A stretch of DNA of 64,000 nucleotides, from positions 1 to 64,000 of the forward strand of contig CAWJZV010000024.1 in assembly GCA_963847445.1 (NCBI GenBank). The letters are read 5' to 3'. Numbering within the stretch: position 1 is the stretch's first letter; each line of letters starts with the position of its first letter. The notes under the pieces are model-generated. The model saw nothing but the letters and a program-made list of their open reading frames with translations. It was not told the DNA's origin and made no database searches. Of the stretch, positions 20,227 to 30,798 are shown one piece after another. The position numbers and the translations under genes are program-made. This DNA comes from an uncultured delta proteobacterium. Lineage in GTDB: Bacteria; Desulfobacterota; Binatia; UBA9968.

Positions 20227-20980
20227 TATACGTCCGCGCTAGAGGTCGTTTTGATAATATAGGTAAAGCGGGCCAGCTGGCCAACAGCTTGCCGAATCCG
20301 CGCAGCGGGTGTTTCAATCCAAGCTTGGACAGCATGTACCAGTTCATCGCCGGATTGCTCGCGACCACCGGCAGATTCAATTCGCGCTCCATCTGTTCCA
20401 GGCACTCCATCGGATCGAGCACCGCACCTTGGAAATAGATCGCGTCCACTTGGCGCTGCTCGGCCATCGCCCGGCGCGCGTAGGCGATGACATCGTCGGG
20501 GGTCATTTTGAGCGCGTCGGTGTAGTGCGGCAGAGTTTCGCCGGGCGAAATGGCAACCAGGTCGAATCGGCCGAGAAAGTCGCGAATCAGTCGATTCAAC
20601 GATGGGTCGAACGGCGTGAGCAGGAGAATTCGTTTGGCGGCAAAAGTTGTCAGCGCCGCCGCCGAGGCGCGCAACGCCGTGGCGACGGGAATCTTGAGCG
20701 CCGCGGCAAAGGCATCAGACAAATTCGGATTCAACACTTCGCGCGGCGCGCCGGGGAATATCAAGCCGTTGAGATTTTGCTTGTCGGCGAACTGCGCGGC
20801 GCGGCTGACGATCAAATCCAGCTTGCCCTGGACGTCATTCAAAACGCCGTCGTGCAGCACCAGCTGCTCGTAGAGGACTTCGACGTTGGCCGGCACCAGG
20901 TTGAGAAACTTATTGATATGCGAGCTCGACCGCGCGCTTGGTCCGAGCCAGCCGATTCTTGCGTTGTGATTGTCAGACAT
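20174..20980 (-). CDS. maleate isomerase/arylmalonate decarboxylase-like (Asp/Glu racemase superfamily)
   Basis: RIG.L.PS, KRILLLTPF and LEQMEREL.LPVVASN.A..W motifs. Confidence 0.7.
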   Translation of the reverse strand: MSDNHNARIGWLGPSARSSSHINKFLNLVPANVEVLYEQLVLHDGVLNDVQGKLDLIVSRAAQFADKQNLNGLIFPGAPREVLNPNLSDAFAAALKIPVATALRASAAALTTFAAKRILLLTPFDPSLNRLIRDFLGRFDLVAISPGETLPHYTDALKMTPDDVIAYARRAMAEQRQVDAIYFQGAVLDPMECLEQMERELNLPVVASNPAMNWYMLSKLGLKHPLRGFGKLLASWPALPILSKRPLARTYNDQLDLCLAIPPFEKGG

Positions 20981-21223
20981 CGGCCTTCCATTCCGCCGTG
21001 ATCAGACTGCTATCCCTATTGATTAGGATCTGCAACGCGATTGCCGCCCCATCGCCCCAGGGCGTATACCATACGCCCCTATGTTCGGATTTCCGCTTTG
21101 GAGTCTTCTTTGCGGGAGGCATATCCGAATCCGAGACTCTTCGATCACCGGAAAAAATATGCGCAGGGTAAGCATCTAACATGATGCTTACTCGCCTCTT
21201 ATCTCGCGAGGTCACGATTCCGC

Positions 21224-21697
21224 ATGGCGACTTCGCTGGCCATGCTCGCCGCTTGGGAAACCCTGGTCCACGCCGGCTTGCTGCGCGCCGCCTTCTTTCC
21301 GGCGCCGACGCACATCGCTCACACCCTTTTCAGCTTGGCCTTGAGTGGCGAGTTGTGGCTTCATATCGCGACGACATTAGCACGTCTGATCGCCTCTTTC
21401 CTCATGGCTGTGATACCCGGCACTGCGCTCGGCCTGGTGATGGGCTGGTGGCTCGAGATGCGCCTGGCTGCCAATCCCCTCGTACGGCTCTTGTTTCCGA
21501 TCCCGAGCATCGCTTTTTTCCCAGTGGTGATTTTCTATCCGGTCTGAGCGAATGGGGCTTGCTTCTGACCGCCGCGATCACGCCATTTCTCTTGATCACG
21601 GTGCAGGCGCCGCTCATCGATCGTCCGGACTATTTTGCGACAATGGGCTGTTGGAAAAATTGGTCACCAGCGGCTGGATCGAACAGCTCAGAAGATG
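21224..21697 (+). pseudogene. deletion remnant: NitT/TauT permease 5' part joined to a binding-protein 3' end
   Basis: SGELWLHI..TL.R and PIPSIAFFP, later FCDNGLLEKLVTSGWIEQLRR* in another frame. Confidence 0.6.
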
Positions 21698-21748
21698 AGC
21701 GGAGACATTTAACCACGAAGGGCCTAGCGCAACCGAATCTCGTAATAT

Positions 21749-21912
21749 CTCTCGCAAAGGCGCTAAGGTGACGGGCCGAGTCCCGTCATCCCGAGAGAAT
21801 TCGAGGGATCTAGGAAAGATTTCTCCCGGAGCGTGTCCTGAGCTTTATCGAAGGGGTCGAAATGACAAGGACTTTCTTCCTCCGAACTTGGCGTCTTTGC
21901 GCCTTGGCGAGA
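21749..21912. repeat. composite repeat (same as 3773-3912 and 41935-42062)
   Basis: Outer TCTCGC.AAGGCGC palindrome with an inner GTCAT..ATGAC element at 21784-21867. Confidence 0.8.
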
Positions 21913-21957
21913 TAAAATTTCTGACGCTGTTTTGTTGAACAATTCAATTGCAAGGTT

Positions 21958-22872
21958 CTACGCCCGACGAGAAACTACCCGACGCAGACGGCTCCAGGCT
22001 TCGACCAATCCGCCGGGGAGAAACAATACGACCAGCATGAAAAGAATGCCGAAGATTATCAAATGGAATTCTACCAGTTTTACCGCCAGTAATTCTTTCA
22101 AGATGACGTAAAAGAGCGCGCCGAGCACTGGGCCATGGACGGTGCCGACGCCGCCGATGTAGGACATCAGCACGGCGTCGAAAGTCCAGGCTGGAGAAAA
22201 AGTGTGCTGCGGGTAGTAACTGACGTGATAATAGGCGAAGGCGCCGCCGGCTAGTCCGGCGAGCGCCGTGGAGAGCGCCAACGCGAGAAGCTTGTGGCGC
22301 AGCGCGCTCACGCCCGTAGCTTCCGCCGCGGCTTCATCCTCGCGCACGGCGCGGATACCGAGGCCGAGGCGCGAGGGCACCAGCCATGCAACCACTCCTA
22401 CACTCACCATCGCCAAGGTTAAAGTCAGATAATAACGCGGCAAAATATTATACGATGTAAGTTCCGCCGCGGGGATGGTGGAAATCTGCGGCAATAAATT
22501 CCCGATCGTGATGCGCAGTATCTCGGCCAATCCCAACGTGCCGATGGCGAAATAGGCGCCGCGCAGACGGAATGCCGGAACGCCGATAAGCAAGCCAAAT
22601 AACATGGCCACGAGCGCGCCGGGGAAAAGCGCCAAGATCAGCGGCGTCCCGCCGACCCAAAGGGTGCGCGTGACCAGGGCGCCGAGTCCGAAAAACGCCG
22701 CGTGGCCGAGATTGATCTGGCCGGCGTAGCCGCCGAGAAGATTCCAGCTTTGCGCCAGGACGACGGCGAGAAATATTTGCACGCCGAGATTGAGCAGATC
22801 GCCGCGTATTGTAACCAGCGGCAGCGCGGCGAACGCCGCGGCGAGCAGGAGTCCCGCGCCCAGCAATTTCAC
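21958..22872 (-). CDS. livM: branched-chain amino acid ABC permease
   Basis: SWNLLGGYAGQINLGHAAFFG and RLRGAYFAIGTL motifs. Confidence 0.9.
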   Translation of the reverse strand: MKLLGAGLLLAAAFAALPLVTIRGDLLNLGVQIFLAVVLAQSWNLLGGYAGQINLGHAAFFGLGALVTRTLWVGGTPLILALFPGALVAMLFGLLIGVPAFRLRGAYFAIGTLGLAEILRITIGNLLPQISTIPAAELTSYNILPRYYLTLTLAMVSVGVVAWLVPSRLGLGIRAVREDEAAAEATGVSALRHKLLALALSTALAGLAGGAFAYYHVSYYPQHTFSPAWTFDAVLMSYIGGVGTVHGPVLGALFYVILKELLAVKLVEFHLIIFGILFMLVVLFLPGGLVEAWSRLRRVVSRRA

Positions 22873-23741
22873 GCGCGCGCTCCGAAAAGCCCCTGGGGCC
22901 GCACCACTAACACGATGAGGAAAAGAAGCAGTCCGACGACTTCGCGGTACGGACCGCCGAGAAACACCACGCTCATCGCTTCAGCGAGGCCGAGGATGAT
23001 GCCGCCGGCGAAGCTGCCGAAGAGCGAGCCGAGACCGGCGAGAACGATGACGATGAGCGCCTTGAGAGTCCATTCCATGCCGATGGACGGACTGATCGAA
23101 TAGGAAATGCTGACGAGTCCTCCGGCGATTCCGGCGAGCGCGGTGCCGAGGGCGAAGGCGAGCAGGTAGGTTTTCCCGACCGGGATTCCCATCAGAGCCG
23201 CAGCTTCCCAATCTTCGGCGGTGGCGCGGATCGCGCGGCCCCAACGCGCCTTGGCGAGAAACAGATGGAGCGCGGTTAGAATCGCAAACGCAAACACGAG
23301 GCTGCTCAGGCGCAACCACGGAATTGCCAAACCGCCGAGCCTCAACACGGCGCCGGCATAGGCGGTGGTCACGGCGCGCTCATCCGCGGTCCATAGTCGA
23401 ATAGCGAGGGCGTGCAAAACCAGCGTAAGGCCGAAACCGATGAGCAGCGAATTTTTGATGCGCGTTTCTTCGTGGGCTTTGACGACGAATTGAAACAACG
23501 CCCAGTAGAGCAATAGTCCGAGCACGAACATCGCCGGAGTGACAGCGAGCAGCGAGACAAATGGATCGATCCGCCAAAGAGTGAACAGCCAAAAGGTGCC
23601 GTAGCCGCCGAGCATGAGCAGCTCGCCGTGGGCGACGTTCAAGACGCGCAGCACGCCGAACGTCAGCGAAAGTCCCGCCGCCGCCAAGCCGTAGAGGCCG
23701 CCGACGAGGAGTCCGAGAATGAGTTGTTGGGCGAGGATCAT
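22869..23741 (-). CDS. livH: branched-chain amino acid ABC permease
   Basis: GLSLTFGVLRVLNVAHGE and GRAIRA motifs. Confidence 0.9.
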   Translation of the reverse strand: MILAQQLILGLLVGGLYGLAAAGLSLTFGVLRVLNVAHGELLMLGGYGTFWLFTLWRIDPFVSLLAVTPAMFVLGLLLYWALFQFVVKAHEETRIKNSLLIGFGLTLVLHALAIRLWTADERAVTTAYAGAVLRLGGLAIPWLRLSSLVFAFAILTALHLFLAKARWGRAIRATAEDWEAAALMGIPVGKTYLLAFALGTALAGIAGGLVSISYSISPSIGMEWTLKALIVIVLAGLGSLFGSFAGGIILGLAEAMSVVFLGGPYREVVGLLLFLIVLVVRPQGLFGARA

Positions 23742-23791
23742 TGATCAAACATGGTAAGGCGTAAAAAGTAAGTGGTGAGGTGTTCGCCTTC

Positions 23792-24161
23792 TGTCATTCC
23801 CGCGCACGCGGGAATCAAGTGCTTCGTCCTCCCTCAGACATGTTTCCGTCCCACAAGTCCTTCCAATCCGGATTTAGTTCCTCGATCAGCTTCAGTTTCC
23901 ACGCTCGATTCCACATTTTGATCTGTCTTTCCCTTGTTATGGCGGAAACCATGTCGTCGTGTAGCTCGTAATACACTAGAAGGTGAACACCGTACTTTTT
24001 TGTGAAGCCCTCGATAAAATCATTCTTGTGTGTCCACGCACGTTGTTGAACGTCACTCGTTACACCGACATAGAGAGTTCCGTTGCGCTTACTCGCGAGA
24101 ATGTAAATTGCAGGCTGTTTAGTCATCGTTAACCTGGATTCCCGTTTTCACGGGAATGACG
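23792..24161. mobile_element. putative REP-flanked GIY-YIG element
   Basis: Inverted 28-bp REPs at 23792-23819 and 24134-24161 tightly enclose one ORF, between livF and livH. Confidence 0.7.
23815..24126 (-). CDS. GIY-YIG nuclease (small standalone family)
   Basis: IYILASKRNGTLYVGVTSD..R...H, FTKKY, LVYYE, AI.RE.QIK.W.R.WK and NPDWKDL motifs. Confidence 0.92.
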   Translation of the reverse strand: MTKQPAIYILASKRNGTLYVGVTSDVQQRAWTHKNDFIEGFTKKYGVHLLVYYELHDDMVSAITRERQIKMWNRAWKLKLIEELNPDWKDLWDGNMSEGGRST

Positions 24162-24211
24162 TCGAAGGCATCGCAGTCATTTTCAGTGTCTTGTTTTTTG
24201 TCTCGTTGTAG

Positions 24212-24937
24212 TCATGAAGATACTCCCCTCGCCAGCGGCCCCAGGTAAGCCGCGCGGATGCGATCGTCCGCCAGCAGTATTTTACCATCGCCCTCGCCGA
24301 CGATTCTGCCGCCTTCGAGTATGTAGGCACGTTGGACCAGGGCCAGGACGGCGTGCACGTTTTGCTCGACGATCAACAGGCTCATGCCGTCGCGATGCAG
24401 CTCGGTGAGAATGGCAAAGATCGACTCGACGAATTTCGGCGCCAGGCCGAGGGACGGCTCGTCGAGCAGGAGCAGGCGAGGAAGACCCATGAGCGCGCGG
24501 CCGAGCGCGAGCATCTGCTGCTCGCCGCCGGATAGTAATCCGGCCCTTTGGCGCTGGCGCTCGAAAAGGCGCGGGAAGAGAGTGAAGACGCGCTCCAGTT
24601 GAGCGTGTTTTTCTTTGTGCGCGCGTTCGGTGAAGGCGCCGAGCTCGAGATTTTCACGCACGGTCATCGCGGCGAAGAGCCTGCGCCCCTCTGGGACCAG
24701 CGCAATGCCGTGTTCGACGATCCGTTGCGGCGATGCCGCGCTGATTTTTTCATCTTGCCATCGAATCGCGCCCGCGCGCGGCGCGAGCAGCCCGGAAATA
24801 GACTTGAGCAGTGTCGACTTGCCGGCGCCGTTGGGGCCGACAAGAGCGACCATTTCACCGGGACGAATGATCAAATCGACGCCGTGCAGGGCCAGTAGCG
24901 GGCCGTAGGCGACTTGGAGATTTGTTATTTCGAGCAT
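24212..24937 (-). CDS. livF: branched-chain amino acid ABC ATPase
   Basis: GPNGAGKST, VPEGRRLF, LSGGEQQML and LDEPSLGLAP motifs. Confidence 0.9.
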   Translation of the reverse strand: MLEITNLQVAYGPLLALHGVDLIIRPGEMVALVGPNGAGKSTLLKSISGLLAPRAGAIRWQDEKISAASPQRIVEHGIALVPEGRRLFAAMTVRENLELGAFTERAHKEKHAQLERVFTLFPRLFERQRQRAGLLSGGEQQMLALGRALMGLPRLLLLDEPSLGLAPKFVESIFAILTELHRDGMSLLIVEQNVHAVLALVQRAYILEGGRIVGEGDGKILLADDRIRAAYLGPLARGVSS

Positions 24938-25058
24938 TTATTAGGTAAGCCCGTTCCAATCGTTCCAAAGTTCCAATCGGTTCCATCAGGTGTTTCCCGG
25001 AGACGTTCCCTCGATCAAACGATTGGAACGGCTTGAAACTATTGAACCATTGGAACCT

Positions 25059-25787
25059 TCAATTGGTTGCGCTTTCTCCGAGATAGACTTCGATCACGTG
25101 CGGATCTTTTGCCACGCTCGCCGGCGCGCCTTCGGCGATTTTCTCGCCGGCGCTCAGTACTACGATACGATGGGAAATGTCGAGCAACGCCCAGACGATA
25201 TGTTCCACCAAGACGACGGTCAGACCGCCGCGCTGGAGCTTGCGAATGAGGTCTATCGCTGCCGCTGTTTCAGTGGGGGTCAATCCCGCCATGAACTCGT
25301 CGAGCAATAAAAGCTGCGGCGCTGTCGCCAGGGCGCGCGCCAATTCGAGACGCTTTCGATCCATCACCGTAAGAGTATTGGCAAGACGATTCGACTGGCC
25401 CGCCAAGCCGACGGAAATCAAAAGTTCGGCGGCTTTGTTGCGCGCCATGGTTCCGCTGAGCCGATCGCGACCGTAACCAAGACCGACCAGAACATTCTCC
25501 TCGGCGGTCAAGCCAAGGAATGGCCGTACGAGTTGAAATGTTCGCGCCAGACCGCGATGACAAAGTTGGTGGGGCGGCAAACCAATGGTGCGCTCGTCTT
25601 GGAAGAAAATCTCACCCGTGTCAGGAACAAGCGCGCCGCTGACGAGATTAAACAGCGTCGTCTTTCCCGATCCGTTCGGGCCCATGACGCCGAGGATTTC
25701 GCCGGCTTCAACGGTCAGGCTGACGCTCTTAACGGCGGCGACGCCGCCAAAGGTTTTAGAAACGGATTCGAGCTTAAGCAGGGACAC
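25059..25787 (-). CDS. livG: branched-chain amino acid ABC ATPase
   Basis: GPNGSGKTT, GLARTFQ and VIEVYLG motifs. Confidence 0.9.
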   Translation of the reverse strand: MSLLKLESVSKTFGGVAAVKSVSLTVEAGEILGVMGPNGSGKTTLFNLVSGALVPDTGEIFFQDERTIGLPPHQLCHRGLARTFQLVRPFLGLTAEENVLVGLGYGRDRLSGTMARNKAAELLISVGLAGQSNRLANTLTVMDRKRLELARALATAPQLLLLDEFMAGLTPTETAAAIDLIRKLQRGGLTVVLVEHIVWALLDISHRIVVLSAGEKIAEGAPASVAKDPHVIEVYLGESATN

Positions 25788-25957
25788 GGGGTGATTAATT
25801 TATCGCGCCAAGCACGCGGAGAAAATTCATTTCCGGAGCCGGATTCTCTCTCGCCAAGGCGCTAAGGCGCAAAGTTTAAGAAGATTTTCGAACAGATTCC
25901 CATCAGACACTCCGAACTTGGCGTCTTTGCGCCTTTGCGGGAGAATCTTCGTCCGGT

Positions 25958-27151
25958 CTAGCGTTGACCGAACGCCGGCGCGGGATAGCTGAACGGCGCG
26001 GTGGCAAACTCCTTGGGCCAGACCAACTCTTGTTTGCCCTTGAGCCATTGCAGGACAAAGACTTTGACCTCGCCGGTGCCATCGGAGCGGAATTGAACCG
26101 GTCCGGCTACCGTGGTCATTTTTGTCGCTGCGATGGCGTCGCGAAGCTTGTCGCGGTCCAGGGTTTTCGCGCGCGCGACCGCATCGGCAAGAATCTGCAA
26201 GCAAGCGTAGGATGGCCCCACAAGCGGATCGGACGGGCGGTTAAAGAGTTTCTGATGCGCTTCGTTCAGCTCGGCGACTTTGGGGTATTTGGCGGCGAAG
26301 TGCCAGCCGGGCGAAAAGAGCACATAATCGCCGTCCTTGTTAAGGTTTTGCGACCAGACCGGCGGGTCCGCGGCGCGAATGAAAAGATTGACCTTGGGGT
26401 TGAAATCCAGTTCCTTCATCTGTTTGACGATGGTCATGCCGTCCGGCGGCGATGGTAGCGCGAGGACGGCTTCGGCGCCCGCCGATTTGGCTTTCAAAAT
26501 TAAATCGGAAAAATCTTTCGACCCCGGCGCGTATTCGCCGCTCGCGGCGATCTGATAGCCATGCTTCTTGGCGGCGCTTTCCCAGCCCGAGCCCATTTCC
26601 TTTCCCCAGTCCGTCCGTTCGAGAAAGAGCGCCACTTTGCGCGGGCGCTGCGCGGCGGGAATCAGCCCATCGAGGAAAACGAAGGTCTCGTTTGTCAGGT
26701 CCGGCGATTTCGGAAAAGGCGAGAAGAGATAGCGCAAGCCCTGTTTGTGAATGCCGTGAAGCGCAAAGGCGATGCCGAGGTAAGGAATCTTGTTCTTATC
26801 GCCGATGGAAGCCGCCGCCGCGTGCAGATCCGAGCCTGCTCCACCCAAATACGCTACGACACCCTGGGACGCGAGGGTCTCCATGCGCGCGACGGTTTTG
26901 GTCGGATCCGATTCGTCGTCCAACATGGTCATTTCGATCTGCAGCTTCTTGCCGCCTACCGTCACGCCGCCCGCGGCGTTGATTTGCTGCACGGCGATCT
27001 CGTAGCCGGTCTTAACCTGACCGCCAAGCGCGGCGTATCTCCCGGTGAGCGGCACCACCGCGCCGACTTTTATGGTTTGGGCGAGGCTATCGAAGGAGCT
27101 GGTAAAAAGCGCGACCGCTATGGCAAGCGAAATGAGAATCATCCGTCTCAT
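25958..27151 (-). CDS. LivJ/LivK-like ABC substrate-binding protein
   Basis: Signal peptide; IKVGAVVPLTG and DDESDP motifs; first gene of the liv operon. Confidence 0.85.
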   Translation of the reverse strand: MRRMILISLAIAVALFTSSFDSLAQTIKVGAVVPLTGRYAALGGQVKTGYEIAVQQINAAGGVTVGGKKLQIEMTMLDDESDPTKTVARMETLASQGVVAYLGGAGSDLHAAAASIGDKNKIPYLGIAFALHGIHKQGLRYLFSPFPKSPDLTNETFVFLDGLIPAAQRPRKVALFLERTDWGKEMGSGWESAAKKHGYQIAASGEYAPGSKDFSDLILKAKSAGAEAVLALPSPPDGMTIVKQMKELDFNPKVNLFIRAADPPVWSQNLNKDGDYVLFSPGWHFAAKYPKVAELNEAHQKLFNRPSDPLVGPSYACLQILADAVARAKTLDRDKLRDAIAATKMTTVAGPVQFRSDGTGEVKVFVLQWLKGKQELVWPKEFATAPFSYPAPAFGQR

Positions 27152-27219
27152 GCTGTCCTCCCAAGATTTGGGCTTCCCGCCGCGACGATAGATAGCACTG
27201 TCGGAGCGGCGCGTCAAAG

Positions 27220-28325
27220 TTAAACCGTGCCCCAAACTTTAACGGCGCTATCGACTACCAATTTGAGTTTTTGCCACTGCTGTTCTTCCGTCAACAGATT
27301 GCCTTCCATCGTCGAGGCGAAGCCGCATTGCGGACTGAGCGCGAGATTCTCCAGCGGCACGTACTTGGCCGCTTCGTCGACGCGCCTGGCGAGTTGGTCC
27401 GCCGACTCCATTGCCGCCAGCTTGCTGCTGACCAGGCCGAGAACCACGCTCTTGCCGCGCGGCACCCAGCGCAGCGGTTCGAATGTCCCGGCGCGTTCGG
27501 ACTCGTACTCAAGGAGAAACGTGTCGACTTGCAACTGGCCGAACAGTTTTTCGGCGATGGCGTCGTAGCCGCCCTCGGCGTACCATTGGCTGCGATTGTT
27601 GCCGCGGCACAGATGAATCGCCAGGATCACCCCGTCGCGCTGCGCTCCCTCCAGGCAAGCGTTGTCGGCGCGAATCGCTTCGTCGAGGGCTTGCTCGGGA
27701 TCGAGCCCCATTTCATTTTTCACATAGCTGCGCCACTTCGGATCGATGTAGTAGCTGTAGCGCGGCGCGTCGATTTGGATGTAGCGCGCGCCCTCGGTCG
27801 CCAAGGCGTGAATCTCCGCCTTGATCACCGGCACGATGTCCCAGAGCAAAGCGGAATGGTTGGGATAGATCTTGTCGCTGATACCTTTCTTAAAATAGAT
27901 CGCCGGAAATTGATTGGCGGTGGGCAGCGTGACTTTGATGTCGCCAGGCTGCTGTTGCTTCAAGAAGGCGAACTCATGTTCGGTCAAGCGCCGGGTTTGT
28001 TTGATCTTGGCCGACAACCGTGCCGGGCACCATCGAGGGACGGGGCGATGCGCCTGCTGCCGTTTGCCAAGTACGCGGCACCGCCACCCCTTCGTCGATT
28101 CCTTCCACGGCATCGTTGAAGTCGCTCATGAAGTTGCCGCGGCGAAACTCGCCGTCGGTGAAAGATCTTGAAACCGAGTTCCTGCTGCTTCTCGATCACT
28201 CGCAGGATGTGCTGGTCTTCGAGCGCGCGCAGCTCTGCGCCGCCGACATTCGCGCTGCGTGCCTGCAATAGCTCCGCGGGCCGAAGCAAACTGCCGATAT
28301 GATCGGCGCGATAGATAGTTGCCAT
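27220..28325 (-). CDS. cobalamin-independent methionine synthase II family protein (frameshifts near 28160 and 28020)
   Basis: RADHIGSLLRP, IQIDAP, HLCRGN and LSPQCGFAS (Zn ligands). Confidence 0.85.
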
Positions 28326-28347
28326 GAAGTCTCCCTCCCTGTACGTG

Positions 28348-28420
28348 ATGGAGCTATTGGAGTATTGGAGTGTTGGGAATCCGGAAACCCATGATACTCC
28401 AGCACTCCAATACTCGAATC
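28348..28420. repeat. GGAGTATT/AATACTCC octamer inverted repeat (also 39073-39150 and 58681-58790)
   Basis: Read directly from the sequence; three loci. Confidence 0.8.
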
Positions 28421-28443
28421 GACTCCAGTCTCCTTCATCCACT

Positions 28444-29560
28444 CTATTCCGCCAAGAGTTTTTTCAATCTGGCGATCACCTCTGGCGGCTGGGCGATGAC
28501 TTCTTTCGCCAGCGCGCTAAGCGCTTCGCCGCCGACCGCTTCCACTGGCCAGCTGCGCTTCTTCGCCTCGGCGAGCAGTTCGGGATCTTTCATCGTGTTG
28601 CTCCAAGCGTCGCGCAGGGTTTTCAATCGATCCGCCGGCATGCCCGGGGGCGCCATCCAGGGCCGGCCGAATTCATTGGGCGCCATCACCAGCGTGGCGA
28701 GGCGTCGTTCGGCGTCGCGGGTCTTATATTGGTTCATCAGGTCGATCAAGCGTCGGTGTTTCCGGCAATTGCGGATCCCGTTTGCGGCCGGTCTGGACGA
28801 ACGGGCCGGGTGAAGCCCTTCTTGAACCAACCGATGTGCGGTTCCCGGCCAAAAAAAGCCGCGATGGTGATTACGCGACAGTGCAGCTCGCCGCGCTCCA
28901 GGGCGAGATCGATGTCAGCGGCGCCTTGGTAGCCCGCGATGATATTAAATTTCACGCCGAAGATTTCTTCCATGAGCTTCGGCGTGTGATAAGTGATCGA
29001 GCCTGTGCCGGTGGAGCCGCATTTAGGCGGCTCCGCTGCCTTGCGCAGATCGTCGATGGTTTTGTACGGAGTATCGCCGCGAAACAGAACCAACAATTCG
29101 GTCTGCTCCGGCGTGCCGAGCCAGTTGAATTTCGCCCAATCGAACTGCACTTCCTTCCGGCCGATCAGTTGGTCGATATAGAGGCCCGGGTTGATCGAAC
29201 CGAGAGTGAGCCCGTCGGGCTTGGCAACGTTATAAATGTGATTCGCCGCGATCACCGAGCCGGCGCCGGGCATGTTTTGCACCATGACGCTGGGATTGCC
29301 GGGAATATGTTTGCCCAGATAGGTGGCGATGTGACGCGTCCATAAATCGTAAAGATCGCCGGCCTGGCCGCCGCGGATGACGCGCACGGTCTTGCCTTGG
29401 AAAAAGTTCGACTGGGCATGGGCCATCTCCCCACACATACGCCGAGTACGAAAGCGATGACCGATAATCCCGCCCATTTTGTCGGGGCGATTTTGGACTT
29501 TTGGATTTTAGATTGTCGGATTGAAAACGCAAGCAACATCGTAAGAGGTTTTTGTTTCAT
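28444..29560 (-). CDS. TctC/Bug-like binding protein (frameshifts)
   Basis: FFQGKTV, KPDGLTLG, PPKCGSTG, GELHCR and PPGMPADR motifs. Confidence 0.8.
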
Positions 29561-29604
29561 GAATTTTCCCCTAATCCAAAATCCAAAATCGAAAATCCAA
29601 AATG

Positions 29605-30600
29605 TCATCTTATGACCCTATCCGCCCGCACCAGCACGTTGGGCGGGATCGTCAGGCCGATCTGCTTCGCTGCTTTCAGATTGACGATGAACTCGAACTT
29701 GATCGGCTGCTCGACGGGAAGGTCGGCGGGCGTTCGTTCCCTTGAGAATCTTGTCCACGTAAGTCGCCGCGCGACGATACTGGTCGAATTCGTCGGGTCC
29801 GTAGGAGATGAGACACGCCGCTTCGACGAAATCCGCCCCATCGACACATGGACGGCAACCGATTCTTGGCCGCGAGCTCCAGCGACCTGTTTACGTACGA
29901 AAGTTAGTGAAGGCGTTCGGGAAACACGAGCAATGCATCGGCGTCGCCTTCTTGAATGCGGCAAAAGCATCTTGAAAACGATCTGGTGCTCGGACAGACA
30001 CAACTCGCAGAATTAACCCGAACGCCCGAGCGGCCAATCTCTGTTTGTTTGAGCTCGATCTGCATCCCCAGAAGAGCCCGCAAACTCATGCCAAAGTACC
30101 GCCACCCGGCGAACCTTTGGAACGGCTTCTTTGAGAAGCTCGAGCCGCTTGCCACTGAGATCTGGGGAGATGTCGGTGGAGCCCAGTGACATTTCCTCCC
30201 GGGCGAGCAGGCTGGCAGCTAGCCCGCTCCCAACCGGATCACCGGCGCCGCCCACGACAATGGGAATCGTGCTGGTCGCTTGCTTCACGGCCGCCGTGAA
30301 ACCGCCGCTTCCGACGACAATGACGTCAGGTTTTAGCCGCACCATCTCGGCGGCCAGATCGGCGAATCTGTCCCGCTTGCCCTCCGCATACCGGTACTCA
30401 AGCACAACGTTTTTCCCCTCGATGTAGCCCAACTCCTGCAGACCTTGCCGGAAAGCATCGATACGGCTCTTGTGGGTCGAAGCGGAACCGGAAGCCGGCA
30501 CGCCGATCCGGAAAACTTTCACCACTTGCTGTGCCTCGACGGGGCAACTAAGCGACAGAAGCATCTGGCAAAGAGCTAAGACAAAGATTTTTTTACTCAT
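29605..30600 (-). CDS. ABC_sub_bind (PF04392-type) substrate-binding protein, multiple frameshifts
   Basis: AFRQGL.ELGY.EGKN, TIPIV, KRLELLKE and [27 protein letters not shown] motifs. Confidence 0.8.
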
Positions 30601-30798
30601 AGAGTTTCTCTTACCGCATACTTCAGAATCGACAAAGCATTTTGTCGCGCCCATCATTCCCGCGCACAGTTGAATGACCGAGAAACGGAGTGCCGACCTT
30701 TCTCCCCAACCTTATCGAAAAAAGTGCCTACCGCAAACCAAATTCCAATGGGGGTCTGTGTCCAGACGGGTCAGCTTGTGATAATTGTCACCTACCTA

